NCBI GenBank assembly: GCA_044892525.1
Contig: CM097886.1
Location: 16,554,001-16,618,000 of the forward strand
Length of the DNA stretch: 64,000 nucleotides
Source: Schmidtea polychroa
Taxonomy: Eukaryota
Reading direction: 5' to 3'
Shown here: positions 50,280 to 62,300 of the stretch, one piece after another
Position numbering within the stretch: the first letter of the stretch is position 1
How the letters are laid out: every line of letters begins with the position of its first letter
Notes under the pieces: model-generated
What the model was told of the DNA's origin: nothing
Database searches by the model: none
What the model saw: the letters and a program-made list of their open reading frames with translations, nothing else
Position numbers and translations under genes: made by a program

Positions 50280-50361
50280 CGTCATATGTCTTTGTTCCCG
50301 GGTCCACACAATACCCTACTCTCATTAACTTTATCATAACACGAAATTCACCCTGAACCGT

Positions 50362-50520
50362 TGTAACACGCTTTTACAGGTGATTCGGTTAGGTTTAGCA
50401 ATTTCTCTTATATACACGCACTCTGACTAAAAATATATAGTTACAAAATATATTTTATTAGAAATACAAGACACGTATTATATAGAAAGTTTCCAAAGTC
50501 AATAAAATACAAACGTTACA
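50362..50520 (-). repeat. Possible small Gypsy LTR relic (159 bp)
   Basis: TGTAAC...GTTACA inverted ends, with TATATAAG and AATAAA on the minus strand. No TSD found. Confidence 0.4.
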
Positions 50521-51129
50521 TTAGACTCAGAATGCAAGAGGTTTTGGCTTTTATCCTTTGTCTTATAGGGTTTAACGCAAAAATAGAAAAGTGTTCTGCT
50601 AAATAACCAAGCTTTTTAAAGGCTTTTCAAAACCTGGAGGTTCTAAAGATTATTTACTAATTGCTTGATATCTAAGATGTCCTTCCATTTATAAAGATAG
50701 AAAAAATGTGATCTTTGAGCCATTAGATGAACAGTTTCTTTTGACATTGTATGGATCCTTTATACAGTGTATTAACACTTTAAACAAATATATATTTTTG
50801 TGGTTACAAAAATATGAACAAAAATAATTTAAATTTGCAAAGCATTTGAAATTCAAGAAAATAAATTTATTTTATAAACAAATTAAAATTTAAATAAATT
50901 GAAAATCAATGTAGTGCCTCTGACTAACACTTTTATCAATTTAATAATTGAACTAAAAATATATTATTAAATTAATTAAATTAAAATTAAAAACGATTGT
51001 TTAAAATTTAATCGGAATGGATCTATTCAAGCGACATTCTAAAATCCATTTAAACCTTGGTGGTAAAAAAAATCCAATTACCATCTCACTCGCATTAAAA
51101 ACGATGAAATGCGAAATCTATTCCCTCAT

Positions 51130-51657
51130 GCCATAAATAGATCATACGAAACTGAAACCGATCACGATGCCAACTCGTTGCTCATTAACTAAATCATCAC
51201 ACTTCTAAAAAACAACATCATTCAAGGAAGCCGAAGTCCTTGGAGAGCTCAATGCCTTTTGATCAAAAGAAAATATAAACATCGCCTCGTGATAGATTAT
51301 TCAAACACTATCAACAGATTTACGAAATTGGATTCTTATCCAATGCCATGAATAGACGATCTTCTAAACAAAGTTTCCAGAAACTCGATCTTCAGTAAAG
51401 TAAATCTTAAATCCGCTTACCATCAGATTCCAATATGTCCCACAAAATTTACCTTACTGCCTTTGAAGCTTGTGGTAAGTTGTTCGAATTCAAAAAACTA
51501 CCATTCGGATGCTCTAACACTGTTCCAATTTTTCCATCGACAGATTTATCAATAATCACGATCTTAAAGAAACGATAGCATACCTCGACGATATTATTAT
51601 TGGTGGCAAAACTCAAGAAGAGCACGATAAGAATTTACAAAACTTTCTCCAAAGTAT
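51130..51657 (+). pseudogene. Decayed Ty3/gypsy reverse transcriptase fragment
   Basis: IIQGSRSPWRAQ, HRLVIDYSNTINRFTKLDSYPMP, SAYHQIP, TAFEACGKLFEFKKLPFG, AYLDDIIIGGKTQEEHDKNL, with stops and frameshifts. Confidence 0.9.
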
Positions 51658-52253
51658 ATTCTCTACGACTTCAAGGGAATTAAGGTCATACATTTTTTTA
51701 ATATCTAAATCAGAGTTTAAATATTTTCGACCTGGAGTGCGATGAGATCTGTTATAGTGACTCTCACTTGCTGGGGGAAATAAAAATGTGTTCTTTCATA
51801 ACAGTAATCTTATCCTCCCTATATTATAGTTGACGTGGTAAAGTAAAAAAGTGAGGAAAAATCATTCACGGTACTCCATCTATTTCTCTAATGCTTTATT
51901 TTTTGCTTTGGTTGTATTTAAATATGTCGGGATTTTCTCAAATGCCTCAGTTGATATCATGTTTAAAATTTAGGGAGGGAAGAGGCTTTCAGATATTCAG
52001 ACTTCACTATATGCAATTAATTCTTTAATAATAAACCGATCATTACAGAAATATTTGTAAATTAAAATAAATTCCCGTTAAAATAAGCAATTTATTTTTA
52101 CAGAATATCTCAACGGAAGATTTTAATAAAATCGATAAGTTTGTCGGGGAAAGTTTTCTCTCGTTATAATACGAGATTTGATTGGATCAGACTGAAGAAG
52201 AGGGAGGAGGAGCGCGAAAGGGTAATGAATGCCTAAAATAAAGAAAACACTTA

Positions 52254-54658
52254 TCAAGTCCAATTTCCGTCGAGATTATTCGAGTCAAATAATAGAAAAA
52301 TCGTATAGATAAAACTCAATAAACAAATTCCACCCGATAACCACCATAAGCATAGTATGGTGATCTGATTCCGACTGTTTTCTCTATGAATCGTCAGTAA
52401 ATGACTGGAATCAGTTTCAATGATTGACAAATCGTTTTCGCTATTCAACAAATATTTCCCAGAATTTTCTCTCAATTTGATATCGAATGGTGAAAATTTA
52501 TTCGAGAATTTCAAAGTAAATTTTCCATTCGAATGATTTTCATAACCGGCAAATTTAAAGGACGTCAAAAACGGATATTGCGCTCGGAGATTCTTATTCA
52601 ACTCCACGCACAAATGCCGAATCAAGTTCTGTGTGATTCTAACGGAATTGTCTCCATTAAAATTGTTGTCGGTTTTCCGGTTTATGAGAAGAGAATTCAC
52701 CTTTTCTCTTGAGTTCAATGAGAGAATAATCAACTTGGAATTACGGAGAATGTCTATGGAGAAAATGTCGAAAATATTATATTTATTAGACAAGTTTTGA
52801 AACAGATTTTGATTATTTGTAGAACTGCTGGTCAACGAACAAACGTCAATGGTCTTGTAACTGCTGGAGCTGTCGTTATCTTTCCCTATACTTTTGGAGT
52901 CTTTTCCGTATTCCTCTTCTTCTGTCACGCAATTCCGATAATTGTTAATTTCTAAAATTTCATTTTCCAAATCCGATTCGTTTTCCGTTGATTTAGATCT
53001 CTTTTCAAATTCATCATAAACAGAAACTTCATTTTTTTTCTCTGTTGTTTCTGAATATTTCACTTTCACGGTCATGAAAAAAGACGAATCCCACAATTCA
53101 GATTCCAACTCATTGATTATAGCGGCTAGAATCTCAGTTAAATTCTGATTTTCCGTTCGGCATTTGTCGAAAACGTCGTCTATTATTATAGTCTCTATAA
53201 ATGCTAGAATATTGATTCTTTCATTTTCAGAAATGATTCCCAGACTTTCATTTTCATAGAAGTCATACATGAGTATTTCCCGTTCGACGACGTTTTTGGT
53301 TTTCTCAATCGTCGATTTTGAAAAGTTTAAGTTGATTTCAGATTCTATGGAATAAAAAATGTAATCGGATTGAGAATTGGAAATCTTTTCTAGTGCCTTC
53401 TCAATAAGTTCATAATGAGATAGTTTAGTCTCCTTTGGCATTGATGTGAGAATCGGAATATTTTCTGATTCAATTATATTGTGGTCTTTATTTTCTAGGA
53501 TTGCTTTTTTGAAAATTTGAATCTTTTCAATATATACGTTAATGAATGTTTCATTCCTTTCATTAAAGAGCTTGGATTTTGACGACGAAACGTCCGCCAA
53601 ACAATACGTAGACAATGACGAAAATGATGGATATTTCACCGGTGTGGTTTCTGTTGATTCATCTGTATTACTTATCTCTTCTTTAACCCTGTTAGGTTTT
53701 GATTGTTCATTAGTTGAAGTCTCTGCGGCAAAGTTTAAAGGCTTTATATTAATTCGATTTATCGATTTAATTGGGTGAAAGAGTTCCGGATTATTGATTT
53801 CATTGTCGATTAAAAAATTTATTGAACCATTGATCAGATCAACATCGTGAACTTCTGATGAAGAAATATGTTTGGAAATTGTTTTTATTATTTCGCATTC
53901 GGATTTGGTTCTTATTTCAATAAATATTTGATCGTGATCTTCGTCGGCACCGGATTTTAAGATTTTCTTGATATTTTTATTGGTAGAGATAATTTTCACA
54001 GGATTATTTATTCTTGTGCACACCTCACCGGATTGAATTTTAAGATTTTTATCCAACAATTCGGTATTTTTAAAAATACTTTGGTGAATCGAAGATTCAA
54101 ACTTCAAAGAGATTCCCTCAACCTCTTTTTTGATATCTTCGAAATTTAATGCATTTATCCTACTTTCAGAAAACTCGGCCTTCCCCAAAGAATTGATATT
54201 GAATTTCATACAATCCTGGGAAGTCGTTTGTAATTCCTTTAGGTCAATAGAAATAACTATCTTCAAATATATTCCAATGTCTGACCAGATTGAAGATAAC
54301 CTTTCGTTGAGAAATTCATCTACTATTTCATTTAAAGCTTGCTTTTTCAATATCCATGACAGGACGGTTTCGTCCAGGACATTTTCCGATAGGTCGCTTG
54401 TGATTTGAGCATATATCAAGGTATTTGAATCTAAAGTTTCAATGTGTAGTTGGGACTCAGAGTTAAGACTAGAGAAAGTAAAGTTTGGAAGTTCATTGAA
54501 GTGTACAAGGTCTGTTTCCATTGTTTGTTCAGGAGTATTTATCGAACCGATCCAAGCTTTTGTTGAAATTTCGTTGGCAATTACATTTAAATTTTCCATT
54601 GAATTAGAAATTTCGCCGTTCTTGAATTTGTCATGTGCTTCACTCTTTCCAACAGACT
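52254..54658 (-). CDS. Terminal exon of a large acidic protein with a C-terminal TM helix
   Basis: Acceptor ttttattttaag at 54659. The exon starts with 2 spare nt (AG) and is open for 801 codons, ending ITILCLWWLSGGICLLSFIYTIFLLF-DSNNLDGNWT*. Confidence 0.75.
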
Positions 54659-55335
54659 CTTAAAATAAAATGGATGGAAAATAGAATTAATAATTTGTTA
54701 TGGCTATAAAATATTATTGACCAAGGTCTTTCATTTCTGATTCTCATTCTAGATAATTATATTTTATTTTGTTTAAAACATCATCTATGATAATTATGTT
54801 ATTACGCTAGCTTGATAACAATTTGATATACAGTGGGAAATGCATCAAGAGACTCACATCCTTTCATTGAAACATTATTATTATTATTAGTTACCATTTA
54901 CAACAAATCAGAATTTTTAGGATTTTTGAAAAAAATTATTAAAAAAATTATTTAAAATATTAAATAAATAAAAAAAGAGTAAAAAAAAAGAAATTAAGAT
55001 AAAAAAAGAAAATGGGGAAGAATAGAGATTTTACTATTAACTTCTAATTTTAATAATAAACATGATATTTTTATTCCAATATTATCTGAAAATCGATATT
55101 TTTCTATTGAATGATACAAAATTTATGTTATTTATTTAAAAATTGTTATAGTATGTAAAATATTAGAAACCTATTTTACATTTAACANNNNNNNNNNNNN
55201 NNNNNNNNNNNNNNNNNNNNNNNNNNNNNNNNNNNNNNNNNNNNNNNNNNNNNNNNNNNNNNNNNNNNNNNNNNNNNNNNNNNNNNNNNNNNNNNNNNNN
55301 NNNNNNNNNNNNNNNNNNNNNNNNNNNNNNNNNNN

Positions 55336-55768
55336 TAAGCCTTTTGCTGCAAATAATCTATTTAATGAAAACATTTTGGACTATAAGATAGTCCTTGTCA
55401 ATCTCCTGGAATTTAGCAATGTTCTTCCCAAAAATACAATCTTTCAATCTTTCTTTTATTTCCTTTCTCGTAATTCTGATTAGTTGTAAATATAATATAT
55501 TTTTTATTAAAAATTTTTAAAATTTTACTGAAAATTAAAATTAAAAATAAAATAAAATAAATACCATTTAAAACTTTAAAAATTTTTTTATACAGCTTCT
55601 ATAATTAGCTTCTAGAAGTCTAATAAAATATTTCAAAATATTCTAAATAAAGCCTCCAATAACTACTTATATATGCTATTTAAATATTTCAATAAATGTT
55701 TCAATTCTGATTTTTAAATCCTATTTTTAAAAATTTTTCTATATTATTTTAATTATTACTTTTTAATT

Positions 55769-55832
<64 letters not shown>

Positions 55833-56010
55833 CTTTATATATTGTCAGTTATTCTCAAGGTCAATGACAACAGATCAAATTCGTGATTTCATTGATTTCC
55901 TCTTTAGTGTTGATCTTTGGCTGTCTGTTTATGATGAGAATTGCTTCTTTGAATCTGACATTTTTCTTTTGGATGTTTCCATTAGCTATGATTTTTATTG
56001 AAATATTTTT
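55336..56010. mobile_element. Second copy of the long-TIR MITE, truncated by the Penelope insertion
   Basis: Starts with the same TIR after a 148-nt masked tract. 55850-55970 is the reverse complement of ~5800-5930. Contains (TA)n at 55772-55823. Confidence 0.7.
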
Positions 56011-57180
56011 TTCTTTCCTGGCAGAAATAGATTCAACGCTCTCAAAGGTTTGTCACAAAATCATGGAGATAGTTGAGAAGGAAAGAAGAAAACCATATTT
56101 CTCAAACCTAACGAAAGACGAACAAGCAATATTAAAATCCCTTAAAAAGAAACCATACGTTTACTTATCAAGTGACAAGGGGGGAGAATTTTGCATTATA
56201 GAGAAGAATCGTTTCTGTGAAGCAGGTTACGAACACCTCGGCAACATCGAAACATACAAGAAAGTCAGCCGCATGTCACCAAACACCATCGAACTGAAGA
56301 TCAACAAAGTATGGAAACCCATAGCTTTTGAAATGAAGCTCAATAACAGAATAACCAGCAGCTTCGTCACAAACACTGAGGACCATACAACCCATCGGTT
56401 TCTATGCAAGATATGTAGATGATAATTTCATCACGACCAAAAGCAGAAAAAGAAGCGGAAGAAATATTTCATACATTCAAAGCGGCTCACCGAGATATTA
56501 AGTTCGAAATCGAATATCAGGAAGAATATGGATACCTCAATGTATTTGATTTGAGAATTAAAATAGAAGCAAATACATACGGGTTCTACAGAAAACCAGC
56601 TAGCAAAGAAATATTTATGCACCAAAGATCAGCGCTTCCATACTTACAGAAAGTACATGTCATAAGAAACGAGAAACGAAGAATAGCCAATCGATGCATG
56701 GAAAAAAACGAAAACTTTAAAGAGCAATCAAATTTCAATAAAATCCTACACAGAAACGGATACCAAGGTGAGGACATTGAAAGAATGAATTCTGCCCCAA
56801 AAAGATCTAGGGAATTAACACAAAAGAATCAGAAATATTTCTATCTGAATATCTCATTCATCAGTGACATACTCGACTTCAAGATCCTGAAAGAACTTAA
56901 ACGTACCGGTCTTCCAATTCAGATAGCACATAAATCTTGGACATTGAGAAGGGCTCTGGCAGGCAACATAAATAGAGAAAACAATTGCACAATGAAAAAC
57001 TGCCAGACACCGAAAGTTATGTGCTTTAGAAAAAACATTGTCTATTGCATCACGTGCAATGTATGCAATGAAATCTACATTGGAAGTACACTCAGGACCT
57101 TGCACCAAAGAGTTAAAGAACATCTAGATCCTGGTGGAACATCCTCGTTAAGCAGACATCTCCCAACAGTCACTAAATAG
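56011..57180 (+). mobile_element. Penelope-like element fragment (RT + GIY-YIG endonuclease), internally deleted and frameshifted
   Basis: NLTKDEQAILKSL...SDKGG (PLE RT N-terminus), RYVDD at 56409-56423, HRDIKFEIE...LNVFDL thumb region, NIVYCITCNVCNEIYIGST.R.L..R..EH GIY-YIG. Confidence 0.88.
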
Positions 57181-57287
57181 TGGCATCGATTTAAATATAA
57201 GTAAAAACGCCAGTCCAACATATATGAAAATACAATATATTTCGACAGACTCATTGTCATCATCAGGTATAGTTTAAATTCGAACAA

Positions 57288-57818
57288 CCGTGTTTTTTCT
57301 ATTATAAGCGGTATCCCGAATAAAGGAAGTAGCGTGTTTTTATCCTTGTAAAAAATAAGCGACCTTCCGAATATAAGCGGTAGTAAATATATAAACCGAA
57401 TGTACAAGAAATAGTCAAGTGGGTTAGTAATGCCTGGGCTAAAATTAATGATAAATGTGTTCAAAAAGCTTTGAAAACTGCCTATTTGGACAAGTCGGCT
57501 TCATTCGAAGAAAGCTTCATAGCAAAAAAATGAGATTAGGACCACTTATCAAAGATAAACTTAATTCACAGGAATTAATTGAGAATGTTCAAAATCTTGT
57601 TTTTTTTTGAAGATGTCGCAGAGGAGGAAGATTTAACTGTGTTTGATTAAAATGCCTGTATATTTTTTAAACATTTGAAATATTATAATATTAAAATATA
57701 TTATGATTTTTAAAGTAATCGGTAATGAAAATATAAGCTGTTCTCCAAATATAAGAGGTACCCCACGTTTTTCGTCGGAAAATAATATTGGTGGCCGCTT
57801 GTAATAGGAAAAACACGG
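57288..57818. mobile_element. Tc1/mariner (pogo-type) MITE (531 bp)
   Basis: CCGTGTTTTTTCTATTATAAGCGG / CCGCTTGTAATAGGAAAAACACGG TIRs; TA on the right flank, AA on the left. Confidence 0.75.
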
Positions 57819-59161
57819 TATATCAATAGAAATTGCTCTTTTTCAAAAAAAATTAATTCATTATATTTTTTAAATTATATTTTGCTAAAAAATCATAAAA
57901 TTATGTTTTCTCAATTCAACTGTCGATTGAGGGAATTGATTTATATCAGCAAACACAGTTTTATGTTTAATTTACATTTTTGTATTTGGGGAGTGTTAAA
58001 CAATTTGCGTAAAGATTTTGAACAAAAAGTTGTGTATTCAATGTTTTAAGGTGGTTTCTAATTCATGTTTTTTAAAAACTTCGTGCTTGTTTGTGGATTT
58101 CGACTGAAAGCATTAATTAATATTAGTAAACACAATTTTGTGAAAAATTTATTGAGATATTGTTTGATTTCAACTTTTATAAGTTTTGGGAGTTTTAAAA
58201 TTATGAAACTTTTAATAATTTTAAAAGTTTGAATCGAGAAAACAGAATTTTATGATTTTTTAGCAAAATATAATTAAAAGAATAATGAATTTGTTTTTCT
58301 GAAAAAGGGCAATTTCGATTGATATAATTCGAATTTAAATTATACCTGATGATGACAATAAGTCTGTNNNNNNNNNNNNNNNNNNNNNNNNNNNNNNNNN
58401 NNNNNNNNNNNNNNNNNNNNNNNNNNNNNNNNNNNNNNNNNNNNNNNNNNNNNNNNNNNNNNNNNNNNNNNNNNNNNNNNNNNNNNNNNNNNNNNNNNNN
58501 NNNNNNNNNNNNNNNNNNNNNNNNNNNNNNNNNNNNNNNNNNNNNNNNNNNNNNNNNNNNNNNNNNGTGCGTGATATGAGGCTGTTATTTAATGGAAATT
58601 TGAAGAACCCGAAAGAGTCACCGTTAAAACTTGTGGCGGGACAATCGGGGTGCGTGCTATATTTAACGATATTGTAAATACAAATAAAATAAAAATAGCA
58701 ACGAACAATAATGTATAATGAACCAAAACTTTATTTAAAATATAAATTGAATGACCTGAGTTTATACGATAGATGAACTATAAACTTTCCTTGCTTTGTT
58801 GTTTTGATTTCTTGGATATTTTAATTTTTCTTTGTACAGTTTTCTATTTAATTTCTTCCTTATGGTCGTAATGACTTGTACAATTGATTTACTGGGTCGT
58901 TTGGTGTCCGTTAGCTTAGTTATTCACTAGTGATTAGCTAGTGATTATATTTGTAAGTAGAGAAATTCCGCTTCAGGATCGTATATTCGTATGTTTGAAG
59001 CTATAACCTGAATAATTTGTTTTCTTTGGAATATTTCAGTCCTTTATCTTTTTAGGATAACAATTTCTCTGATACTGTTTTCTTTTGCTTAGTATATCTT
59101 TAAGTTGAGGATATATTTGCTTAAATTTCTATCGATTTTTTTTCTATTTTTTTTATTTTAC

Positions 59162-59283
59162 TATAGCGATAATTTACTATAGTAAATTATCGCTATATAG
59201 TTTTTTTTTGAAAGTCTGGATTTCCCAGATGGGGCATTTTATATTTTAGTATTCACAATTCCTAATTGTGAACACTAAAATAT
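59162..59283. other. Intronic inverted-repeat cluster (36-bp perfect palindrome + 20-bp hairpin)
   Basis: TATAGCGATAATTTACTATAGTAAATTATCGCTATA at 59162-59197. Stem 59241-59260 / 59264-59283 with a 3-nt loop and one mismatch. Confidence 0.9.
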
Positions 59284-59326
59284 TAACAAAAATAACTGTA
59301 CATTACAATTATTATCAAAAACTTAC

Positions 59327-62300
59327 CGATTATTGAATATATTGATTCAAAGATATACTTTTCTATCGTAAATTCCAAAATAAAGTGAGAACAGTCTTTA
59401 AAGATGTGTTCAAAGGTTTGCCTACTGTCATCAAACTTCTTAGAGATTATACCTTCTTTTTGTTGCTGTGAAATGGATTTGTATTCATCTTCTGCAAGAC
59501 TATGGTCAACCGAATTCAAATCCCGATGGGGAAATTCTGAAACAGTGTTTGGCATATGAAAACCAGTTGTCGTGTTTAGATTTTCACTTTCATCAAAAAT
59601 ATCTGAAATATCGCAGAAGTTACTTATTTTCATGGCATTAATTTGAGAATCTTTTATGTCTAGGTTTTGTGGTTGGTTTTGATAATTTATTGGCTTTTTA
59701 TACAGGACATGTTGAGAGTTGTCAACTTTCTCAATAATCGATTCAGGGAAAATATTTTTGTCAGGTATTTTGTCTTCGTCATGCATATCATTTGTGATCA
59801 TCTCTTGGAATTCCATGTCTGGACGGGGATCCTGTGCATATCTGCCTGCATCCTCAGATCTGTGTCCTTGGATTAACGGATTTACCTCTAAATTTGTTTG
59901 ATTTGTATAAATTTCTCTGTTGTCGAATGTAATTGAAATCCGAAATGGTTCATCTAATTTTATATTCTTTACCTGTCGATCTATTTCATCAGAATCTTCT
60001 GAACAAACCAGCACAATAAAATCTCCAATATTTGATTGCTTAAACCTTTCACTATGATCTGAGCATTCATTACATGGTTCATCAACACATGAACTATCTT
60101 TGACATAGTCATCAGTGCTGCAAAATTTACAGTCAACTGAATTTGATGTATCAGTTTCGATCTTATTTTCGCCTTCGTTTTCTGACAAATTTTGTACCAG
60201 TTGTGATAACAGAACGTCTATATCTATGTCTTCAGCTTTTACTGATGCACCTTCAACTGATGGAAGGTAATCTACAGAAAAGGACAGACAACTTGTTTGT
60301 CTATGTTTCGATGCAACATCTGGAGTTTGAGATGCATCATATTGAAAATTGTCTACAGTTTCTTCATTTTTCTGGAGTTGAAGATTTGAAGTGTCGACTT
60401 TTGTAGCATTGGTATCATGTTGACTTGGGGCCAAAGGATAATCCTCTGTAAAATAAACAACACTATCTTTTTTACCAATTAAATCTTGACCAAGTGTTTT
60501 GGATATTTCATGATTTATTGGACTTATTTCAACAAGTTCATCCGTTTTATTTTTTATAACATTATCCAAACCATGTTCCAGTTTGGTTCCAGATATTTCA
60601 TCTTCATTTACTTCTAGATTATGTAATTCTAATTTTATAGATATCTCGTCATCTCTAATCAGAAGGTCAACATTTAGAGATGGAGAACTTTCCCCTTCTG
60701 TTTCATTCCAATCGGTTGTCTGGCCTGCTTCTATAACGATTTCATTATTTTTTGCTTTAGAATCTTGTTCCACAGCATAGGGTATGTCTTCTTTGCTTTC
60801 TGTAATATTTTCAATAGTTTGAACGTTTTCACAATTAAATGATAAAAAGCTTTCTTCATTTATATTTGAGACTTTGTCTGATAAACGACAAATTTCTAAT
60901 TGTATATTACTAGGCATCTGTTTTAAATCTTTGTTCTTTTCAAAATAATGAACCAAAGATTTAATTTCCAAATTCTTTTCTTCAAGTTGTGCTGGAAAAG
61001 GATCTTCTTCAATATTAATATCTGCCTTCAAGGATGTGTAGCTCTCATTTATCTTATTCAAATGCAAATCAGTGGTCTGGCATGCTTCAAACTCAACCTC
61101 ATTATGCGTAGTTACAAGATCTTTGCGTTCCTGAACGACCATTAAAGACATTGGATCATTTTTAATGTTGTCGTCTTCAGTTTTCACAGCACTTTGGTTA
61201 GGTATTACTGAATCTTCGACTACATAGGATAAATTGCTTTTATCTGTATAAGTTAACTGTATTTCTGGTATTTGGCATATCTCAAAATTTGTATCCGTAC
61301 TTTGAATTGGGAAATTTTCGGTTTCCTCTAAATTATTAATTTCTGAATTTTGATCTTTTAGCTGTACAGGTAAGTTATCCTCTCCGATTTCGTGATTAGG
61401 CTTGAAAGATGAATAACTTTCTTGCTTTTGATTAGAAAATAAATCAGTGGATTGACATGCTTCATACTTAATCTCATTCTTTGAAGTTTGAAAGTCTTTA
61501 TTTTCCTGAACTACTGATAAAGATATTTGATCGGGTTGAATGTTCTCATCCGTTTTTACAGTATTTTTATTAAGTAAAAATGGGTCTTCGAGAGCAATAT
61601 ACAATCCACTTTCTTTTGATTTTTCTGGCGTTATTTCCGGTATTTGATCATTATCAATGTTCCCATCCTCAGTTTTCTCATTACTTTTATTGTGTATAAA
61701 TGGATCTTCAAGTACAAAATACATCTCACTTTCTTTTGATTTTGCAGACGCTACTTCCGGTATCTGGTAGATCTCAATATTTGCATCAGTATTTTGAATA
61801 GGAGGATTTTCGTTGTTCTCTAGATTAGTAATCAAAAGATGGCTGATTTTAGAGATCTGGTCATCTTGCTGTGGGGAAATATTTTCTGCTTCAATTTGAG
61901 CCTTAAATGATGAATAGCTTTCTTGTTTCTGAATTGAATGAATATCCGCTGTCTGGCATGTTTCAAACTCTATCTCGTTTTGTGAAGTCGTTAAATCTTT
62001 ATCCTTCGGGATAATTGATAAAGATATTTGATCGTTTTGAAAAGCTTCTTTGTCTAATTCCAGTCTGGCTTCGTCCATAACTTCAATTCTATCGGCATGA
62101 TGACCTTTGTCACTTTGTTGGTCGAAGCCAATTGGCTTTGAATCTTGATGCATGGATAAATGATCCAGCTCATCTAATATTTTATCTTGAACCAAATGCT
62201 TTTCTAGATCCATTGATCCATGACTTATTTCCCTTACTACAGAAGTCGTTCCCAAAGTCTGACATAAATCAAATTTCAAATTACTATCAATAGTAAGAGC

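Larger units (their letters stand above)
23338..50320 (+). mobile_element. Internally deleted Polinton/Maverick (polB only; ~5.27 kb once the nested LTR element is removed)
   Basis: Exact 49-bp TIRs AGTAGGGTATTGTGTGGACCCGGGAACAAAGACATATGACGTCATCGAT at 23338-23386 and, inverted, at 50272-50320. Flanks CTTATT/CTCATT (6-bp TSD, 5/6). AG-start TIRs, 6-bp TSD and pPolB are Polinton hallmarks. Confidence 0.92.

Noticed and set aside
52254-52400. KASH domain (nesprin-like) at the C-terminus of the giant protein
   Set aside because: The tail after the TM is only ~10 aa and lacks the terminal PPPx motif.
2281-58579. ORFs made largely of X through N tracts (2281, 5290, 6302, 6346, 8341, 8347, 14465, 24808, 55171, 58349)
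   Set aside because: They are artefacts of masking. Equivalent tracts have similar lengths (146, 144 and 148 nt beside the same TIR), which points to hard-masked repeats rather than genes.
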